The notes below the pieces were generated by a model. That model saw nothing but the letters and a program-made list of their open reading frames with translations. It was not told where the DNA came from and ran no database searches. A stretch of 60,048 nucleotides of DNA, the filler included, from Globobulimina sp. (Eukaryota): NCBI GenBank assembly GCA_003354225.1. It is 11 parts of 11 records of this genome, joined end to end, with 100 filler letters (N's around TTAATTAATTAA, not from the genome) between each part and the next. Parts side by side here need not be neighbours in the genome. Positions count along the whole stretch, not along the records: positions 54,699 to 60,048 come from PIVH01000617.1; 10 more parts are not named here. One strand, 5' to 3'. Positions 58,228 through 60,048 of the stretch are shown piece by piece. The first letter of the stretch is position 1, and the number at the start of each line of letters is the position of its first letter. A program made the translations under genes and the position numbers.

Positions 58228-59803
58228 ATGGAGTCCATGACACCAGCGACAAGCGATCATTGGCTTCTATCCATTGGTTTGTATAGTTTTATTAAATATA
58301 TATACAATTCATTTCTCGTGCTCTTTTGTGACAGATGATGCTATCATATATGTAATGGTTGCTGCAATTATCATTACGACAGTAGTCATTATAATGATTT
58401 TTTCATTTTTAAAATATAAGAAATGTGATACAACACACAATGTACCGTCTGATCAAACCGAGGATAATGTGCAAGTACAGCAACATTTACAACAACAATT
58501 ACCCTCCGAACCACAACAAATAGAAATGTTACAGTCCGTATCACAAGAAGAGGCATTAGCAGATGGATGGAGTGCGCACATGGATGGCAACGGCAGAGTG
58601 TATTATCAAAATAATATCACACAGCAAACGCAATGGGATAAACCATCTATAAATGAGACACAAAATAACGTATCAACTGAACCAACTGAGCAGACCGAAC
58701 CAACTGAGCAGACCGAACCGATGGAACCAACTGACCCATCCGACCAAGCACCAAAACCAATGCAACAGACACATGTCCAGCAACAACAACCCTTACAACA
58801 AGTCGTCGTTATACAACAACCGCAGAAAACAGAAACGTTGCCGCAAAACATCGCGTTACAAATCAGTAAATATGAGTATAAAAAAGAAAAAAAAGGTGTA
58901 TGCTCATATTGTGATTTATTTTATGCCGTAATAATGTTTGTTTTGAGTATATTTGATCACAGTACATCTTTAATATTAGCCAAGGAATGGTTGGGTGGCG
59001 TTTATTGTACTTTGTATGATGAACCAATTGATTTAGGATTAGGGCAAAATGCGCAGGTTTTGCTTGGTTTGGTCTTTGTTGGTTTAATATTTACCGCAGC
59101 TGATATATATTGGACCATTGAACAATTTTTTATTGGCAAAACCTGCTTATTTGATAACAGACAAAATCAACATAACTCATTCTTTTTGTCGTTGTTGGGC
59201 GCAATAATGTTGATATGCGGCGATGTTGCGATAATGTGCATACAATTTGATGCCGGCGCAAGAACTGGATCGCGCTCTGACGCCTGGCAGCGCTCATTTT
59301 ATTTGTCATCTGGCATGATTGCTATTGTGTCACTTAAAGGAATGTATGACGCAAAGCAATTAGTTCGATATAAATGTGCCTTTCTACCGACTTGTTTGAA
59401 CTGTTTTGCTTGCTGTCCAATCAATTGTTGCTTAGTATTAGCTGTATTAATTTTTGGTGGCTCGACAACAATGCTTGGTTCGTCTGGGATTATTGTGATA
59501 AATGATAATGCAATGCCCAATAGTATTGGAGTGGAAGTTGATAGGACTGATTATATGATTGGTGATAAAACATTTGATTTTAATTGTACTCAATGGTCAG
59601 TTGGTGCCGGTGTTAAAAAGTCGCGTGCGGTTGATTGTAACTTTGCGTGTGTAAATAATTGTGATGATGGTGCGGCTGGTATGTGTTCGGAAATATTTAT
59701 TGGAGCAGCACGCATCACAGAAAATTCATGTCAAGTTGGTTCTTGTGGTGATACAGATATCGAAGTATGTTATACGAGATGTGATGGAAAACAAGATCAG
59801 TGA
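58228..59803 (+). CDS. Multi-pass membrane protein with WW domain and Cys-rich C-terminus
   Basis: Exon 1 MESMTP... joined by intron 58277-58334; LADGWSAHMDGNGRVYYQNNITQQTQWDKP (WW); EPTEQT repeats; several TM segments. Confidence 0.78.
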
Positions 59804-60048
59804 TTTGATATATTTCAAAAACAAACATTTTTGTTATTATAATTGCTTCTTTTTTTGATAGATTAATATTATTAAATATTAATGTATATATACAATTAAT
59901 TTGTTGTGAATTCTCGGAAAATAAATTCCTGTCCGGTTGAAGAGCATGCGGTCATTTCTCCAGAAGTGTTCTATTTTTTGACTTTTTGTATCCTCGCACT
60001 CAGTGTACAATTTGTTGGAAGATCCCCTTTATGTGCGAGGATAGAAAA

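Overview
This window is not one locus. It is 11 unlinked contigs of about 5.35-5.38 kb, in descending length order, joined by artificial 100-nt linkers (N44-TTAATTAATTAA-N44). The DNA is mostly from an AT-rich, gene-dense eukaryote with short GT-AG introns and the standard genetic code. The gene families (many SPRY, RCC1, MATH, RGS/DEP, GPCR-like and N/Q-rich proteins) suggest a foraminiferan or related rhizarian, which is an inference. Recognisable genes include a Spg1/Tem1 GTPase, an ADP-ribosylglycohydrolase, a divergent Hsp60, a PKA-like kinase, RRP6, an asparaginase-like pseudoenzyme and a DUF1971 cupin. Mobile elements are two non-LTR retrotransposons and one Helitron, and a bacterial-type GGDEF gene sits at one contig end. 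Four leads stand out. (1) The Helitron RepHel is fused downstream of a hydrophobic leader and a SUMO-like domain with an intact di-Gly, so it could be a protease-released transposase. (2) An unnamed 'G[FY]xR...[IV]P..I...YY' motif recurs in five unrelated proteins, directly before a SPRY, kinase or RCC1 domain in four of them, like an F-box/SOCS-type adaptor. (3) One LINE has an extra overlap-coupled hydrophobic ORF. (4) Several abrupt junctions may be amplification chimeras. All calls come from reading motifs by eye; no searches were run.
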